Origin: Octopus sinensis
Taxonomy: Eukaryota
Assembly (NCBI RefSeq): GCF_006345805.1
Contig: NW_021833803.1
Location: forward strand, 1-64,000
DNA length: 64,000 nt
Direction: 5' to 3'
Position 1 is the stretch's first letter. The number at the start of each line of letters is the position of its first letter. The translations under genes and the position numbers were made by a program. Positions 36,242 to 49,169 of the stretch are shown here, one piece after another. A model generated the notes under the pieces. The model saw only the letters and a list, made by a program, of their open reading frames with translations, had not been told where the DNA came from and made no database searches.

Positions 36242-37019
36242 TTAGTTAGTTTGGGTAGGCAAGTAGTGCAAACTACTATTAAACAAGCAGTTTTTACCAT
36301 AAGATCCTATAAACTGTAATGTTCCCTGAGACACAACAAAATTTTGTTTTGTTAATCCAAATTGTATTATTTTTGAAGGCTTGAATCTAAAACGAAATAA
36401 TAAAAAACACAAACGCAACTGGTTGTGCAGTATTTTCCAGAAGACAGAGATGCTGATTAATAGACATATGAATTCTAAAACGATATCTTCAATAATTTTA
36501 TCTTACACAAGATCATCTATCTTGAAATTGAACGAAATAAAAGTCGATCCTTCTGGCATATCGCTAAAAATTTGATTAATTATTTTAATAAAACATGTAT
36601 TTAAGTGGAATATCAGAAAAAGTATTGATATTGATGTAACGAAGCATACTACAGAAATGGAGAAGCCAATAGAATATAAAAAACAATATACATGAGCATT
36701 AAAAATTCGAGTCCTTCAAATGAATCTTCAACTAGTTTGTGCAAAGAGTTACCATTGCATTCACTAAATATAATTTCCAAAGGTTACAATCTATAAATAG
36801 AAATTAAATTCGTAAATCGTAAATTTTCTGTAAATGTGACTCCATTTTTAATTACAATTTGATCCAATTTATTATTTTTTAAGGTTTCATTGTAAAAACA
36901 GTTAGAACTAGAATATATAATAATAAATTAATTAGGCATCACATTTCGTTATTAGACAAAGGACAATTTGTCGCAGTGAAAAAATCAAATAAGACTATGA
37001 AGATAAGTATGTCAAGCAT
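36242..37019 (-). CDS. Secreted leucine-rich-repeat-like protein, copy B (inverted paralog of 17803-18562)
   Basis: Same six phase-2 intron positions; open frame MLDILIFIVLFDFFTATNCP...GNSLHKLVEDSFEGLEFLML...LHYLPTQTN*. Confidence 0.65.
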
Positions 37020-37324
37020 TTAAAAGAAATTAATGCTATGATTTTTATTTAAAATAAATTAATAAATGTAATTAAATCTAAAATAATTAAAACAAAATAA
37101 TATTATCTAAAGAGAAGGTAGCCAAACTATGGCCTTCAGTGCCTTTGATACGCCCTGGGCTGAAAATTTACCAATATTAGTATGCATAAAAAATTTAATA
37201 AGCTAAAAAAACGCGGACGATATCTTTGTTACGAATGTCTTTGGCTTTGTAGGTAAGAATTCGTACTCCGGGCGCATGCTCACTAATGTTTTTTGATCAC
37301 AATTGTCTGAACATATCACGCGTT

Positions 37325-39090
37325 AAGAATAGAATAGAATAGTGTTTATTGAGCGTAAAGAAAAAGAAAAACAAGGAAGAAATCATCGGCGGGGAGATAA
37401 AAAACAAGGCACCGAAGTGTCTCTTTCCATGCGTATCCCCAATACTAGTCATGTTTGACGACAATTCTCCAAGACCATCCGGATCGTGGGCACAGAGGAT
37501 TCTTGTGAGTCTTTTAACCTTCCGTCAAGTTGTACTCCGTAAGCCAATTTCATAGCGAAACGTCTTGTCTTTTCCAACTGTTCGATCAGGTAGTCACTCT
37601 CCTCCGTACCGTACCAGCCCTCGTAGCCATATGTGAGGACTGGCTGCACACACGTTTTGTATACGTAGATGTACGTTTCCGGATCCAGATGGAACCTGGT
37701 TAAGCTTTTGAGGATCCTCACACTCCTCTTTCTCTGATTTGCTATATGCTCTACGTACGAGCCACGACAGTTAATGGTTGCTCCCAGGTAAGAAAGATTT
37801 TTTCTTTTCGAGAGATCCATCACATAGCTACTCATCGCATATGCACAAGACTCCGCATAGCGACTCCCTCTCCGCAACCATGAAATGGTGCTTTTCTCCG
37901 GTGCTAGAGTCAAACCCTTCTCTTTAGTCCACATCTTTAGCGTTGCAATGTATGATTTCAGTCGTCTCCAAGACTGCGATATCCTTTTCGAGGTATCCAT
38001 GACCAGGATATCGTCAGCATAGATAACGAGCTTGCCAGTACGTGTCGACGGCAGAGGAATGTCCGCCAAGAAGAGGTTGAACAGAAGTGGACTCAAGATA
38101 GATCCCTGCGGGACTCCCCTTCTAAGTTCCACACACCCCGATAGGCGGTTTCCACAGCGGACAAATGATTGTCTTCCTGACAAGAAGCTCTCCAGCCATC
38201 GATAGGTCTTTATCCCGGCTCCGATGTCATGGATTCTGGAGAGTAGGCCCAGGTGCCACACGCTATCGAAGGCTTTGGCCAGATCCAGACACACCACAGT
38301 TAGCCATGCTTCATTTCTGTCAGCACGGGATAATTGGTGCTCTAACTCCCTGAGGCAGTCCCCTGTGGATCTTCCTCCACGAAATCCCCATTGTTCGGGT
38401 AAAAGCAAATTTTGTGATTCTATATGACCAGAGAGTCTGTTAAAGACAATCTTTTCCATTGTCTTAGAGAAAGCACAAATGAGGCTAATTGGCCGGTAGT
38501 TCTGTGCCAGCAGTGTCGATTTACCAGATTTTGGAATCATTCGAACAATCGTATGCTTCCACGCCGATGGAAGGTGTCCGAACGTCCAGCTGGCGTGAAA
38601 CAACATAGTCAATGCTCGTATCAAAATTTCAGGGGCCTTCTTTAACAACTTCGGAGGGATGTAGTCGAAGCCAGGCGCCTTGTTCTTCAACCCAGCAATT
38701 GCCCTTTTAACCTCTTCCTGTGTTATCGCCCCACATAATGGTCCCTCCGATAATTGCGAAGAGCCAAGCTTCTTCACAATTCGGTCATAAGTCCCTCGTG
38801 GAACGGTAGATTCGACCTCTTGAACCTGACTAAGTTGGTTCCTGAGTACTTCCGGGGTACGATCAGAGGAGATATATTTCCCGTCTGGTTCTTTTAGTGA
38901 AATTTCAAATCCTTTGGCATCATTTCTGGAAAGGCGTTGATATGCTTTCCAGAAATTAGGGTTTCGCTTATCCAGTTTTCTGCATTCAGACCTCCATTTA
39001 CTTTCGACCTCAGTCTTGGCCATTTTTGCAATAGTAGATTTTATCTTGTCGATCTCCAATTTCAGGCGACATTTGATTGACTCAACCCGT
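37325..39090 (-). mobile_element. 5'-truncated Jockey/I-like LINE; RT ORF 37449-39059
   Basis: YRPISL, QWGFRGGRS, LDLAKAFDSVWH, GVPQGSILSP, IYADD; 3' AATAAA followed by a (CTATT)n tail. Confidence 0.9.
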
Positions 39091-39183
39091 TAAGTCATGA
39101 CTTTTAGGGAGTTTTGGTAGTGCTTTTAAAATGTTTCAATAGAAGTAATCTACGTATATAATTGACAAAAATTTAGTCTAATA

Positions 39184-40392
39184 CAGTACGACCCCGGTTT
39201 GGGGCAGACCCCATGGGTGGGGCACCCTCGGGTTTTGGGGCACCCCCGCTTTTAGGGGCAGTTTTTGAAAACAGTAAATTTTTCATTCTATTATTTATTT
39301 TTGATGACCCCGGTTTGGGGCACTTATTTAATTTATTTAATTACAAAATGTTAGTTTATTTATTAATTATTAATTAATACTATTATTTCACGTGTTTATT
39401 TTGACTTTAGTATGGTTCGTAAAAAGAATTCAAAGATTAATTATGAAACAAAAATTAAAATCGCTAAAGATATAAAACATGGTCAATTTTCAGAAAGAGA
39501 TCTTGCTAAAAAGTATAAAACGAGCAAAGGTATCTTTTTTAACTAATTATTAATTACAGGTACTATTTCTCGCATTAAACAAAATTTTGTTTATTATTTT
39601 GACGCGGGATTAACTGAATCCGATAGAATCAAGGAATCACATGATCCAAATAATGAATTAGATAGATTAGTTTTTGAAACTTTTCTACGTCTGAGAGATG
39701 AATTTCTTCCAATTTCTGGAACTATCTTAAAACTGATTGCAAAAAAATTATCTAAAAAGATAAATTATGAATCATTTAAGGCATCAAATGGATGGCTAGA
39801 CCGGTTCAAGAAAAGACACGAGTTGCTATTTAAAACTATAAGTGGAGAAAAGAATTCATCTGACCTTTCTACGGTTTCCAATTTTTTTGCTGATTATGAC
39901 AACTGTTTGGAAACTGTAGGAAGTGAAACTGTAGGAAGTGACAACTGTTTGGAAACTGTAGGAAGTGAAAATGAGGACAAAATTACTTATGATGGATATG
40001 AATCTAAAAAATCATCAATTAAAGAAATCATAAACATCGTGAATTCTCTAGAAGATAATATTTTCAGTACATGTCCACAATTTTTGAAAATCTACTACGA
40101 ATTTAGAAAAAACCTATCAGGAGAACTGAAAAAAAACCAATTCGGTGAGAAAATTACTGATTACTTTTAATAGTATTTTTTGTTGGATTTATTAAAATTT
40201 TTAAATTTTATTAAGAAAGGACTATGTTAGAATTTTTATTAATATTAAATAATTTTAATTTATAGTCTAAAATGCAATAAAAATCTATTGAGGAGAAAAT
40301 AAAAGCAAAAAATCTTTACCCTCGCATTTTGGGGCACCCCCGCTTTTTGGGGCACTATGATAAAAATGCTGCCCCAAACCGGGGTCGTACTG
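39184..40392 (+). mobile_element. pogo/Tigger element (1209 bp) lacking the DDE domain
   Basis: 23-bp TIR CAGTACGACCCCGGTTTGGGGCA with TA TSD; subterminal TTTTGGGGCACCCCCGC repeats. Confidence 0.9.
39412..40170 (+). CDS. 242-aa CENP-B/Tigger DNA-binding-only protein with a 30-nt intron (39530-39559)
   Basis: 118 + 611 nt = 243 codons with no internal stop after splicing; HTH_psq-like region, then FKASNGWLDRFKKRH..FKTISGE, an acidic tail and terminal KITDYF; no DDE motifs. Confidence 0.75.
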
Positions 40393-40878
40393 TATAACTA
40401 TATACAATGGAAATATAAATTGTTTTCTAATAATTTGTTTAATTCGAATTGTAACCAATATTGTTGTTAAACATAAAGAGCCAATAATAAAGTGTAAAAA
40501 ATGTAAAAAATTGATTATATTAATTATATGCTCGTGGGAATGCCTGGTCTACACGATTGTTTATCACGTAAAACCATTTGGTACAATTTTTACTCCATTA
40601 ACTATAAATAGTTCACCTTAGTAATTTTTAGTATGTTTCTCATCTTAGTTTAATCCAAAATATAATTTCTATAATCTCTACGATGATGTTTTTATAAATC
40701 TTGTGATTTTTTCACGGACAAAAAAACAGTCAAACTTTGAATCGCAACTAAAAATAATTATTACATTTTAGCTATTTAAATAAATTGGATCGTATCTTTA
40801 AAAAATTTCAAAAAAATCTATAAATCAGGAAAAAGTCAATATTTCATATCTTTCGACATTTGTACCGAGCAGCAATGA

Positions 40879-42305
40879 CTATGTATATCTCGGGACTTTA
40901 AATTTTAATTTTCCAACTTGTTCTCGAATATCAATTCCGAATGAAGATCTTTTATTTAAAAAATCAAATAACTTCAACCGTGGAAAAATATTTACATTTT
41001 TATAATAGCATTCCCTATCAGTTCGCAATCTTTCTATTGCATTCCTATTTTTTAATTTAATATATTTTTAGAAACCATCCAATCATGACAGCGTTGTCGG
41101 AACATAGAGCTGGAGGAGGGACAACAACGTTAAGATCAAAAAATCTTTCACAGTAATCTCTAACTCCTTTAAGTAAAAACTGATTTCTTGCGACGCCTCC
41201 TGAAATTGTCTAAAAGTTAAAAAAAAGTGGATACTAAAGTGCCCCCTTTATCAGGAAATAATTTTTTATGACGACAAAATAATACAGCCCGCCCAACTCT
41301 TCGGAGAATATGGTGAAGAAGAGAACGCTGAAAACAATCAGCTATTTCAGAAGCATCATCCAAATCAATCATACCAACTGATTAAAAATTAACTATTTTT
41401 TAATTAATTACTCATGTTTTCTATCTTTTTAGAAGAAATAATTCGATCGAAATGAGAATGAATCCCACTCAATGAAAAGTCACAAGATCTGTTGTATCTG
41501 TATGCATCAATAATTGGAAGGGTTCTATTTTTTGATTTTAGGGCTATTTGTTCTAAAGCTGCGCCTCCTGATAATTCACTATATTCTAAACAAAATCGTA
41601 AATTCAGACTTCTAGCGATCTATCAAAAGGAAATATATAAATATACTTTATCATAGACATCTCCTGGTGACTCGTCAATTGTTTTACCAAGTATGTAAAA
41701 ATCAGAGTCACTTTGAACTAGAACAATGAGCATATGTCCTCCACTAATGAGTAGACATAAATACGGAAATTTTAAGCTAAAATAAATATTTTATTGTAAA
41801 ATACTTTTCTTGACAATAACGAGGTGTTAGAGCATGAGCCTCCATGTGGTGGACAGGTATCAAAGGAATTCTTAAAAACGCGTTAAATTTACACAAAACC
41901 TATACTTGTGGCTTAATAGTTTTGCATACTCAACTCCAATTGACAGTGAAGCCTTTAATCCAGGTCTATTTGTTACAGCGATTGCTGATATTTGCTATTT
42001 TAATAAAAAAGATTGATGTTAACTGAAAAAGTTAGACCAGCTTTATCTAAACAAATCTGAACGACATTTTTTATGGATTTTGAATGAAGCCCACAGGCTA
42101 CTGACGGGATTATTCCCCCAAGACTGTTAAAATATAAATGTTAATTAAACGCAGCACTAATAGAAGCCTGGGATTGAATAAAATCGGAGATAAGAATTCC
42201 ATTTGCATCAAAAATTGCACAACATGTATCATCACAACTTGATTCGATTGCCAATAAGTTTTGTTTAAAAAGACGAAATCGACGATAAAAATATTTCAGA
42301 ATCAT
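40879..42305 (-). CDS. OSGEPL1: Mitochondrial tRNA threonylcarbamoyladenosine transferase (OSGEPL1/Qri7/TsaD family); 9 GT-AG mini-introns
   Basis: Arg-rich, acid-free N-terminus; LAIESSCDDT, GGIIP, RPGL, HHMEAH, LLISGGH, SPGDVYDK, SGGVARN, LCSDNAVMIGW and C-terminal FGIDIREQV. Confidence 0.92.
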
Positions 42306-43058
42306 CCACCACAACAATATTTTAAATAAAAATTTTAATTCTGTTTAAATATTTTTTATTTAGTTTAACTAGGCTAGCAACAATTTAAATAGATTTTACA
42401 AATATTAAAGCATCCAGCTACTAATGAATCAAGTCATTAATAACACTGACATAAGAAACAGCAGAGTTTCAGGTTACAAGATCATCATAAACTCTGAATT
42501 CGTCGGCTAGAACACTACAACGATATTTGTCTTTTGCTCACATTGCCAGAACAAAGAAAGAATCCAATACTGTCTACTTTGTTATCCAAAAGTTGCCAGT
42601 TTCCATACAAAAATAAGAATTACATAGCATGTGCTAATGGCAGATTGATTTTAGAATTATTTCCAATCGTCGTTCATCAGAAAAAACTAATACAAATCCG
42701 CCTAATTATTTTTGAGACTTTTTTGTACTTTTGATAAGAAAATGTCTAAAAAGAATAGTAGGCCTTCAAAAAATAATTTCGTGGGTGATTTGAGGTAGGA
42801 TTTTTTATACTATAAGTTTAAATGTTTTAAATTTTTAGATATTGTGAAAAAAGTCGTAAAACCGGCTTTAACACGACCTTCTCATTTGCAAACAGAAAAG
42901 GCTCGTTAAAGCTGCATTAATAGCATTCCTATATCCAAAATACACATATGGCCTAAGAAAAGGCAAGATAAAGCAAATGGAATATTGCTAGGAGGAAACT
43001 AAAATATAAATAAAATAAATCGGTCAGAGAGAAGATTAGTTAATAATCATATAATTCA

Positions 43059-46000
43059 CTAGCTCAGCAGTTCGCTTCGCTCACTGCGAGCTAGCTCCTG
43101 CGGAGGCCCTGCTCGCTACGCTCGCAGTTTCCTTAAATAACTATAAATTTATGTAGATATATAAATGCGACCTGCTTTGATATAACCTTATTCTAAGGCC
43201 TGTGGATAAACGATGTTTGCAGTCCGTCCATCCTTGGCAAATATAAATAAATTTCTCTTCTACCTACCCTTGAGCACCCCACATACAGCTGGCCATGTGA
43301 AAAGCACTCGTTCTCTAAAAATAAGCCTACTACCTTTAAAGACTGTCCCTGGGCCTTGTTTATTGTCATAGCAAAACTTATCTTCAGCGGAAATTGTAGT
43401 CTCTTAAATCTATCGCAGGCCCTTTCATGGTCCATAATAACGTCGACCGATTTATATATTCTTTCTCTGCCAGGGATTTTCATTAATAAATCTAAATTTA
43501 TATTAAGTACCTCATCATTAAGTGGAGCTAATATAGCTCGTTCACGCAGCCAGTCGAAATTCACGTAGTGTTCAGATAGTTCGGAATAGACGGCATTCAA
43601 TAATTCTTCTGCTGTTTCTACGAAAATACATAATTCTTCCGGTAGCCTAATTTTCTGGTCGTGCATTTCTGAAGTGATTGCCCCATTTCCAATATCTAGA
43701 AGGATTTGTGGGAATATGCTATTAACGCCTTGTAAATGTGCATGTACATTTACATCTAAGCTAACCTTTTTCACGTGTGTCCACAAATATGACGATTTGA
43801 GGCAGGCATTCAATTCATCCGCTGGCGTCCCTCTTTGAATAATTGGCAGCGTCTGTCTAAAATCACCTGCCAATACAACTAATGCTCCCCCAAACAAATG
43901 GTCGCTACAATTCTTGATATCTCTATATGTTCGGTCAACTGCTTGAATGCGCCTTTATGAGCCATCGTACATTCATCCCAAACAATTAACCTAGAATGCA
44001 TAATTCTATTACCCGTAGTTGAGTCTAACAGCAGTCCTGACCTTGTTCAGCTGTTGTCTAAGTTCCCTCACCATTTAAGCACATCTTCCTCGTTTCTCTT
44101 TTTTTGTTATATGGTTCATATTCTCTTGTTTGTTAACATTCTCAGATCTCTCTTTATAGGACATTCTTATGATTTTGTAAACGCGAATCAGTAATTTATA
44201 TTAAATTTTCTACGTAAATTTATTTAGTGAAATTTATGTAAAGTGTATTATCCAATCAAAGCCATTATACTTAATTGCCTCTATGTTTAAAGGAATTGAA
44301 ACTTTAGCATAATCGAACTTGTCTGTTTCGGTAAAGAAAATGATAATCAGCTTCATCTTTGTAGTATTATAAGGAAAAAAATTAAAGCCTGTTAAATCAA
44401 GGAGATTTAAATATAGGCAAATTGAAATTTACATGACTAATTTAAATTTTATTTGCCTCTATCTTTTAAGAAATCTAAACAGTAGCATAATCGAATTTGT
44501 CAGTTTCGGCAGTTAAAAAGAATCAATTATGTAAATCTCTAATAATTTTTGCTTTTTCCTTTTTAGTGGTTTTCAAAATCTGATAATTGCACAGTATATT
44601 CATGGTCGATAACAATTAGAGCTTTTATTTTATTTTTTTAACGAAAATTTAACAAAAAAGAATTTATGTCATCGAAAAAAGATAGCTAAGCAAATTAATG
44701 GCCTCACGAGGCTTGAAGGTTGTGGAGGACCTCATCATGTGAGTCGAGGACTTTCTTGTCGTTCATTTTAACAAAAACGCAGAAAATATTTTTTTTTAAT
44801 TTTTGGGCTTGAAGGTTTTGGGGGACCACATCATGTGAGTCGAGGACTTCTTGTTGTTCATTTTAACAAAAACGCAGAAAATAATTTTTTTTATTTTTTG
44901 GCTTGAAGGTTTTGAGGGACCACATCATGTGAGTCGAGGACTTTCTTGTTGTTCATTTTAACAAAAACGCAGAAAATAATTTTTTTTAATTTTTTGGCTT
45001 GAAGGTTTTGAGTTGTTGTTCATTTTAACAAAAACGCAGAAAATAATTTTTTTAATTTTTTACCTTGAAGGTTTTGGGGGACCACATCATGTGAGTCGAG
45101 GACTTTCTTGTTGTTCATTTTAACAAAAACGCAGAAAATAATTTTTTTAATTTTTTACCTTGAAGGTTTTGGGGGACCACATCATGTGAGTCGAGGACTT
45201 TCTTGTTGTTCATTTTAACAAAAACGCAGAAAATAATTTTTTTAATTTTTTGGCTTGAAGGTTTTGGGGGACCACATCATGTGAGTCGAGGACTTTCTTG
45301 TTGTTCATTTTAACAAAAACGCAGAAAATAATTTTTTTAATTTTTTAGCTTGAAGGTTTTGGGGGACCACATCATGTGAGTCGAGGACTTTCTTGTTGTT
45401 CATTTTAACAAAAACGCAGAAAATATTTTTTTTTAATTTTTTGGCTTGAAGGTTTTGGGGGACCACATCATGTGAGTCGAGGACTTTCTTGTTGTTCATT
45501 TTAACAAAAACGCAGAAAATAATTTTTTTAATTTTTTGGCTTGAAGGTTTTGGGGGACCACATCATGTGAGTCGAGGACTTTCTTGTTGTTCATTTTAAC
45601 AAAAACGCAGAAAATAATTTTTTTTAATTTTTTGGCTTGAAGGTTTGGGGGACCACATCATGTGAGTCGAGGACTTTCTTGTTGTTCATTTTAACAAAAA
45701 CGCAGAAAATAATTTTTTTAATTTTTTGGCTTGAAGGTTTTGGGGGACCACATCATGTGAGTCGAGGACTTTCTTGTTGTTCATTTTAACAAAAACGCAG
45801 AAAATAATTTTTTTAATTTTTTGGCTTGAAGGTTTTGGGGGACCACATCATGTGAGTCGAGGACTTTCTTGTTGTTCATTTTAACAAAAACGCAGAAAAT
45901 TGACTTGAAGGTTTTGGGGGACCTCATCATCGAGGATATTCTTTCTTATTAAAATTTTTGACAGGAAGGTTCTAAGAGGATATCAACCTTTTATTGTGCC

Positions 46001-46136
46001 TCATTATCGAATAACTACAAAAGGGAAGGTTTTGACAATTTGATCTGGTTTGTAACAATTTGAATGTGGGTGTGCACAGACAGACAGACAGACACACAGA
46101 CAGACAGACACACACCATACCATTTTATTATTAAGA
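43059..46136 (-). mobile_element. Non-autonomous Helitron derivative 2 (3078 bp)
   Basis: A|TC 5' end with (CTGT)n; 3' hairpin (plus strand CTAGCTC-A-GCAGT...ACTGC-GAGCTAG) ending CTAG|T; helicase fragment ~43190-44000 (IVWDECTM, VLAGDFRQ, KAQGQSL) with an internal deletion. Confidence 0.9.
44710..45932. repeat. Tandem array, about 13 units of ~93 bp; diverged variant of the 28215 array
   Basis: Unit GAAGGTTTTGGGGGACCACATCATGTGAGTCGAGGACTTTCTTGTTGTTCATTTTAACAAAAACGCAGAAAATAA(T)nAA(T)nGGCTT; one unit near 45010 is internally deleted. Confidence 0.95.
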
Positions 46137-46659
46137 TTATCGAATATTCATCATCCCAAATAAAAATAACCAAACAGTAAAATAAAAAAAACTCACGTTA
46201 AACTAGTAAATACGAATTATTATTTATGGAAAAATTATATTGAAAAAAAAACATTTATAATTTTTAATAAATATTTTTTCCAATTTGATAAATTAACGTT
46301 TTTATTTAATACGTGACTATGCCTGCCAGACAGGGCTATTTATTTCCATAGTCCGATTTTTAAAATATACTTTAATTATTTTATTTTGAACATTTTGTGC
46401 CGCCCTTAATTTCCCTGTTGTATTTCTCGACGGAAAGAAAGCAACACACACTCAAAAGTGTAATTTCTTTAAGTTACAGTCCATTCCTTAAATCTTCGGT
46501 AATCAAAGTTTTCTCGACGTCAGACAAGTGCTTAAGCATTGAAATTTATTTATTTTAAAAAATAATGATAAAACATTTAATATTTTAAGGAAATGTTTAA
46601 GTGTTCACTTTTTTAATGGAAATGAATATTCAAAAAATCATCTGATATTCCTTATTGAT

Positions 46660-47150
46660 ACATTGATTAATCAGGGCCTTATTCTTTACCACCCTGGCAT
46701 AGTTCCGAGTTGGTTGTCATGGTTAGATAAGGCTTATTGGACGGTAGCTACTAATTTGACCAAATGAATCCACAAAGTCCGATAAACAGGCAGACAGAAT
46801 TTTATTGTAAAAACAAGAGACAGTGACAGAAATTTTTGACGCCCAATACAACGAGAAGATTGGCAGTCGAACTCTTCTGAGGAAACGTCTATTTTCTTTC
46901 TGGAGCAAGCTAGGCTGTTACTGATTGATAAATAGGTCGGTCACTTGAGATCGTCTCCGAAAAGACCGGATAGATTTCTCAATGACCTGCCGTATCTCCG
47001 GGGACTTGGTCTCCACCCAACTTGGGACTGGGCCTCGTAGGTCAAGCTTGTAAGCTAGCTTCAGAGCATAGCGCCGGATTTTTTCGCATTTCATGGTAAT
47101 TTTCTCGAGATCTTGCTTTTTGGACGCCAAGAGAGCTTAGCTACCGTATG
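46660..47150 (-). pseudogene. Scrambled Jockey/I-like LINE fragments
   Basis: SYRPISL and RRYALKLAYKLDL match the ORFs at 37449 and 51897. Confidence 0.65.
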
Positions 47151-47159
47151 TTTTTACTA

Positions 47160-47900
47160 TATTCTGATAGTTCATTAAGGTTGCAAATTTTTTCTCCGTA
47201 GCTTCAACCCAGCTAGAATTAATCCTCGTTTTACAAGTTAAGGACAGATACGCAGATTGCGCAGCATACAAGATATCCGAAATCTCGTCGATACTCCGAG
47301 GAGGAGTAGACTTGATAATATAATAAATCGCCGAATTTAGCCTTGAATTATTTCCAGTTTGAGGAATTTCCTTTGTATTTTAGAAGTTGGTTTCCGGGAA
47401 TCTCTTGGGATAGCTTTCACCTTTTCAAATTGGACATTTAGTTCCTCGAGACAAGCTTTGAATTTAGAAATTTTCACGTTCAAATGTGTTACGTTCTCTT
47501 GCTTTTTGCTGATCGTTCTTGCTTTATCGGCCTTCTTTGGAATCATCAGTTTTTTGACATCAGATAAGTTCATGTTCTTTAAGCATCGTCTGTTGTACTT
47601 GCTTGCAATAAGTTTCCAGCCGCCTCTCGGAATTCTTATAAGTCTCTTCTTAATAGCATCGACAATATGAGAGATCCAAGTGGATTCAGAGCCGTCGACC
47701 TCGCTAATAGCTGACAATGGTTTGTTGGCATCTTCCTAAATCCATTAACATGACTAACCACGCGATTTTCCATGCTTTCGTACACCACGACAGACAAATT
47801 CCCTGCTTCCTCGAGACTCGTGCTATTATTACCGCAGGGGCGCCCATAGGATTAGACTTTCCATAAAGAGCAACTGGCATACAACACGACAAGAAAATAA
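47160..47900 (-). mobile_element. Probable N-terminal region of an RLE-type (R4/Dong-like) LINE ORF
   Basis: GGWKLIASKYN..SDILYAAQSAY resembles N-terminal regions of such elements as recalled; no RT motif present. Confidence 0.4.
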
Positions 47901-48109
47901 AGAAATACTATCACCCCTACCAAAACTATGATATATTGCATTATTTAGTCACTTTTTCTGAATCACTTTTTTTCTGAATTAATTGTATATTCTAATTTTA
48001 TTGGCAATATAGTATCGCAGCATACAGCACATTGCAAAGAATATTCATAACGCAAAATGAAATCAGATTAGTTTCCTGTCTATTCCTGTATTGTAGCCAA
48101 CAATATCTA

Positions 48110-49005
48110 TACCTTTCCAAGTTCAAAGTGGGATTTCCAAGTTCAAAGTGGGATTTTCCAAATTCAATATGGGATTTCCAAGTTAATTTTAAAATATTTG
48201 AAAAAAATCATGACTCATTTATATCAAACGAAAAAATTAAAATGTTACGTCCTTGTAATTTAATAAAGGAGGCAATAGTCCTTGGATTCTGGCTATTAAC
48301 TTAGCACAAATCTTTGAAGTAACTTCGTCCATATATTGTTTAATTAAATCCTCCAATCTCTGTTTCCGAAATTCTGTTTTTGACAAGTCAGGTTCATTTG
48401 CATCTAAGATATTCCCAAGATTTTCATGGTATGGTATACATAAGCGAATCAAGATGCAGGCGAACGCACTCACCTGACACTTTTATTCCGTACTTATCTT
48501 GGATCTCTGCAGCCAATTGTTTGCAAGTAATTTTCGGATTTGACTCGACCATTTCTTGCATATAATTTCGTACGGTATTTGAAATTTTTGAATATCGAAA
48601 ACCACCTCTTAAATCATCCTTAAAGCCTTCTTTTATCCACCTGTATGCAGATGTTCTTTTTATTCCGAGAGAACATGCAACTTGATTCCAATCCCCATCA
48701 TTTTTGTAAACGGTCAACAATTTTTTTCTTTTTTCAGCTAATTCTTTCTTTTTATTAACGTACATTTTGTAATGTAAGGCGATTTTAAATTAATAAATGA
48801 ATTCAATAACCGACTTGAAAATCCTTGAACTTGAAAATCCCATATTGAATTTGGAAAATTCCACTTTGAACTTGGAAATCCCATATTAAATTTGGAAAAT
48901 CCCACTTTGAACTTGGAAATCTCATATTGAATTTGGAAAATCCCACTTTGAACTTGGAAATCCCATATTGAATTTGGAAATTCCCATATTGAACTTGGAA
49001 AGGTA
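48110..49005 (-). mobile_element. Internally deleted Tc1/IS630-like element (896 bp) with asymmetric subterminal repeat arrays
   Basis: TA|TACCTTTCCAAGTTCAA TIRs; ~21-22 bp repeats at 48115-48182, inverted at ~48815-49000; HTH ORF 48424-48765 abuts a C-terminal remnant with no DDE core. Confidence 0.85.
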
Positions 49006-49169
49006 TAGAGCTTTGAAACGCTTTCAATATGGTTCCTAACAGTTTTCGATTGTTACAATTGATACAGAATATTCAACGGACCTAAAATGTACAATTTCCT
49101 TAATTACAACGATTTGATTTTCTTCGATGAGTATAGCTTTATAAGCTACAATTTAGTCTATTTTTGGGA

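Noticed and set aside
42420-42960. Possible small gene divergent from OSGEPL1
   Set aside because: Gene-like composition, but no single spliced frame or recognisable motif was found.
43028-43039. U6 snRNA-like 12-mer AGAGAAGATTAG
   Set aside because: Similarity does not extend on either side and the other U6 elements are absent.
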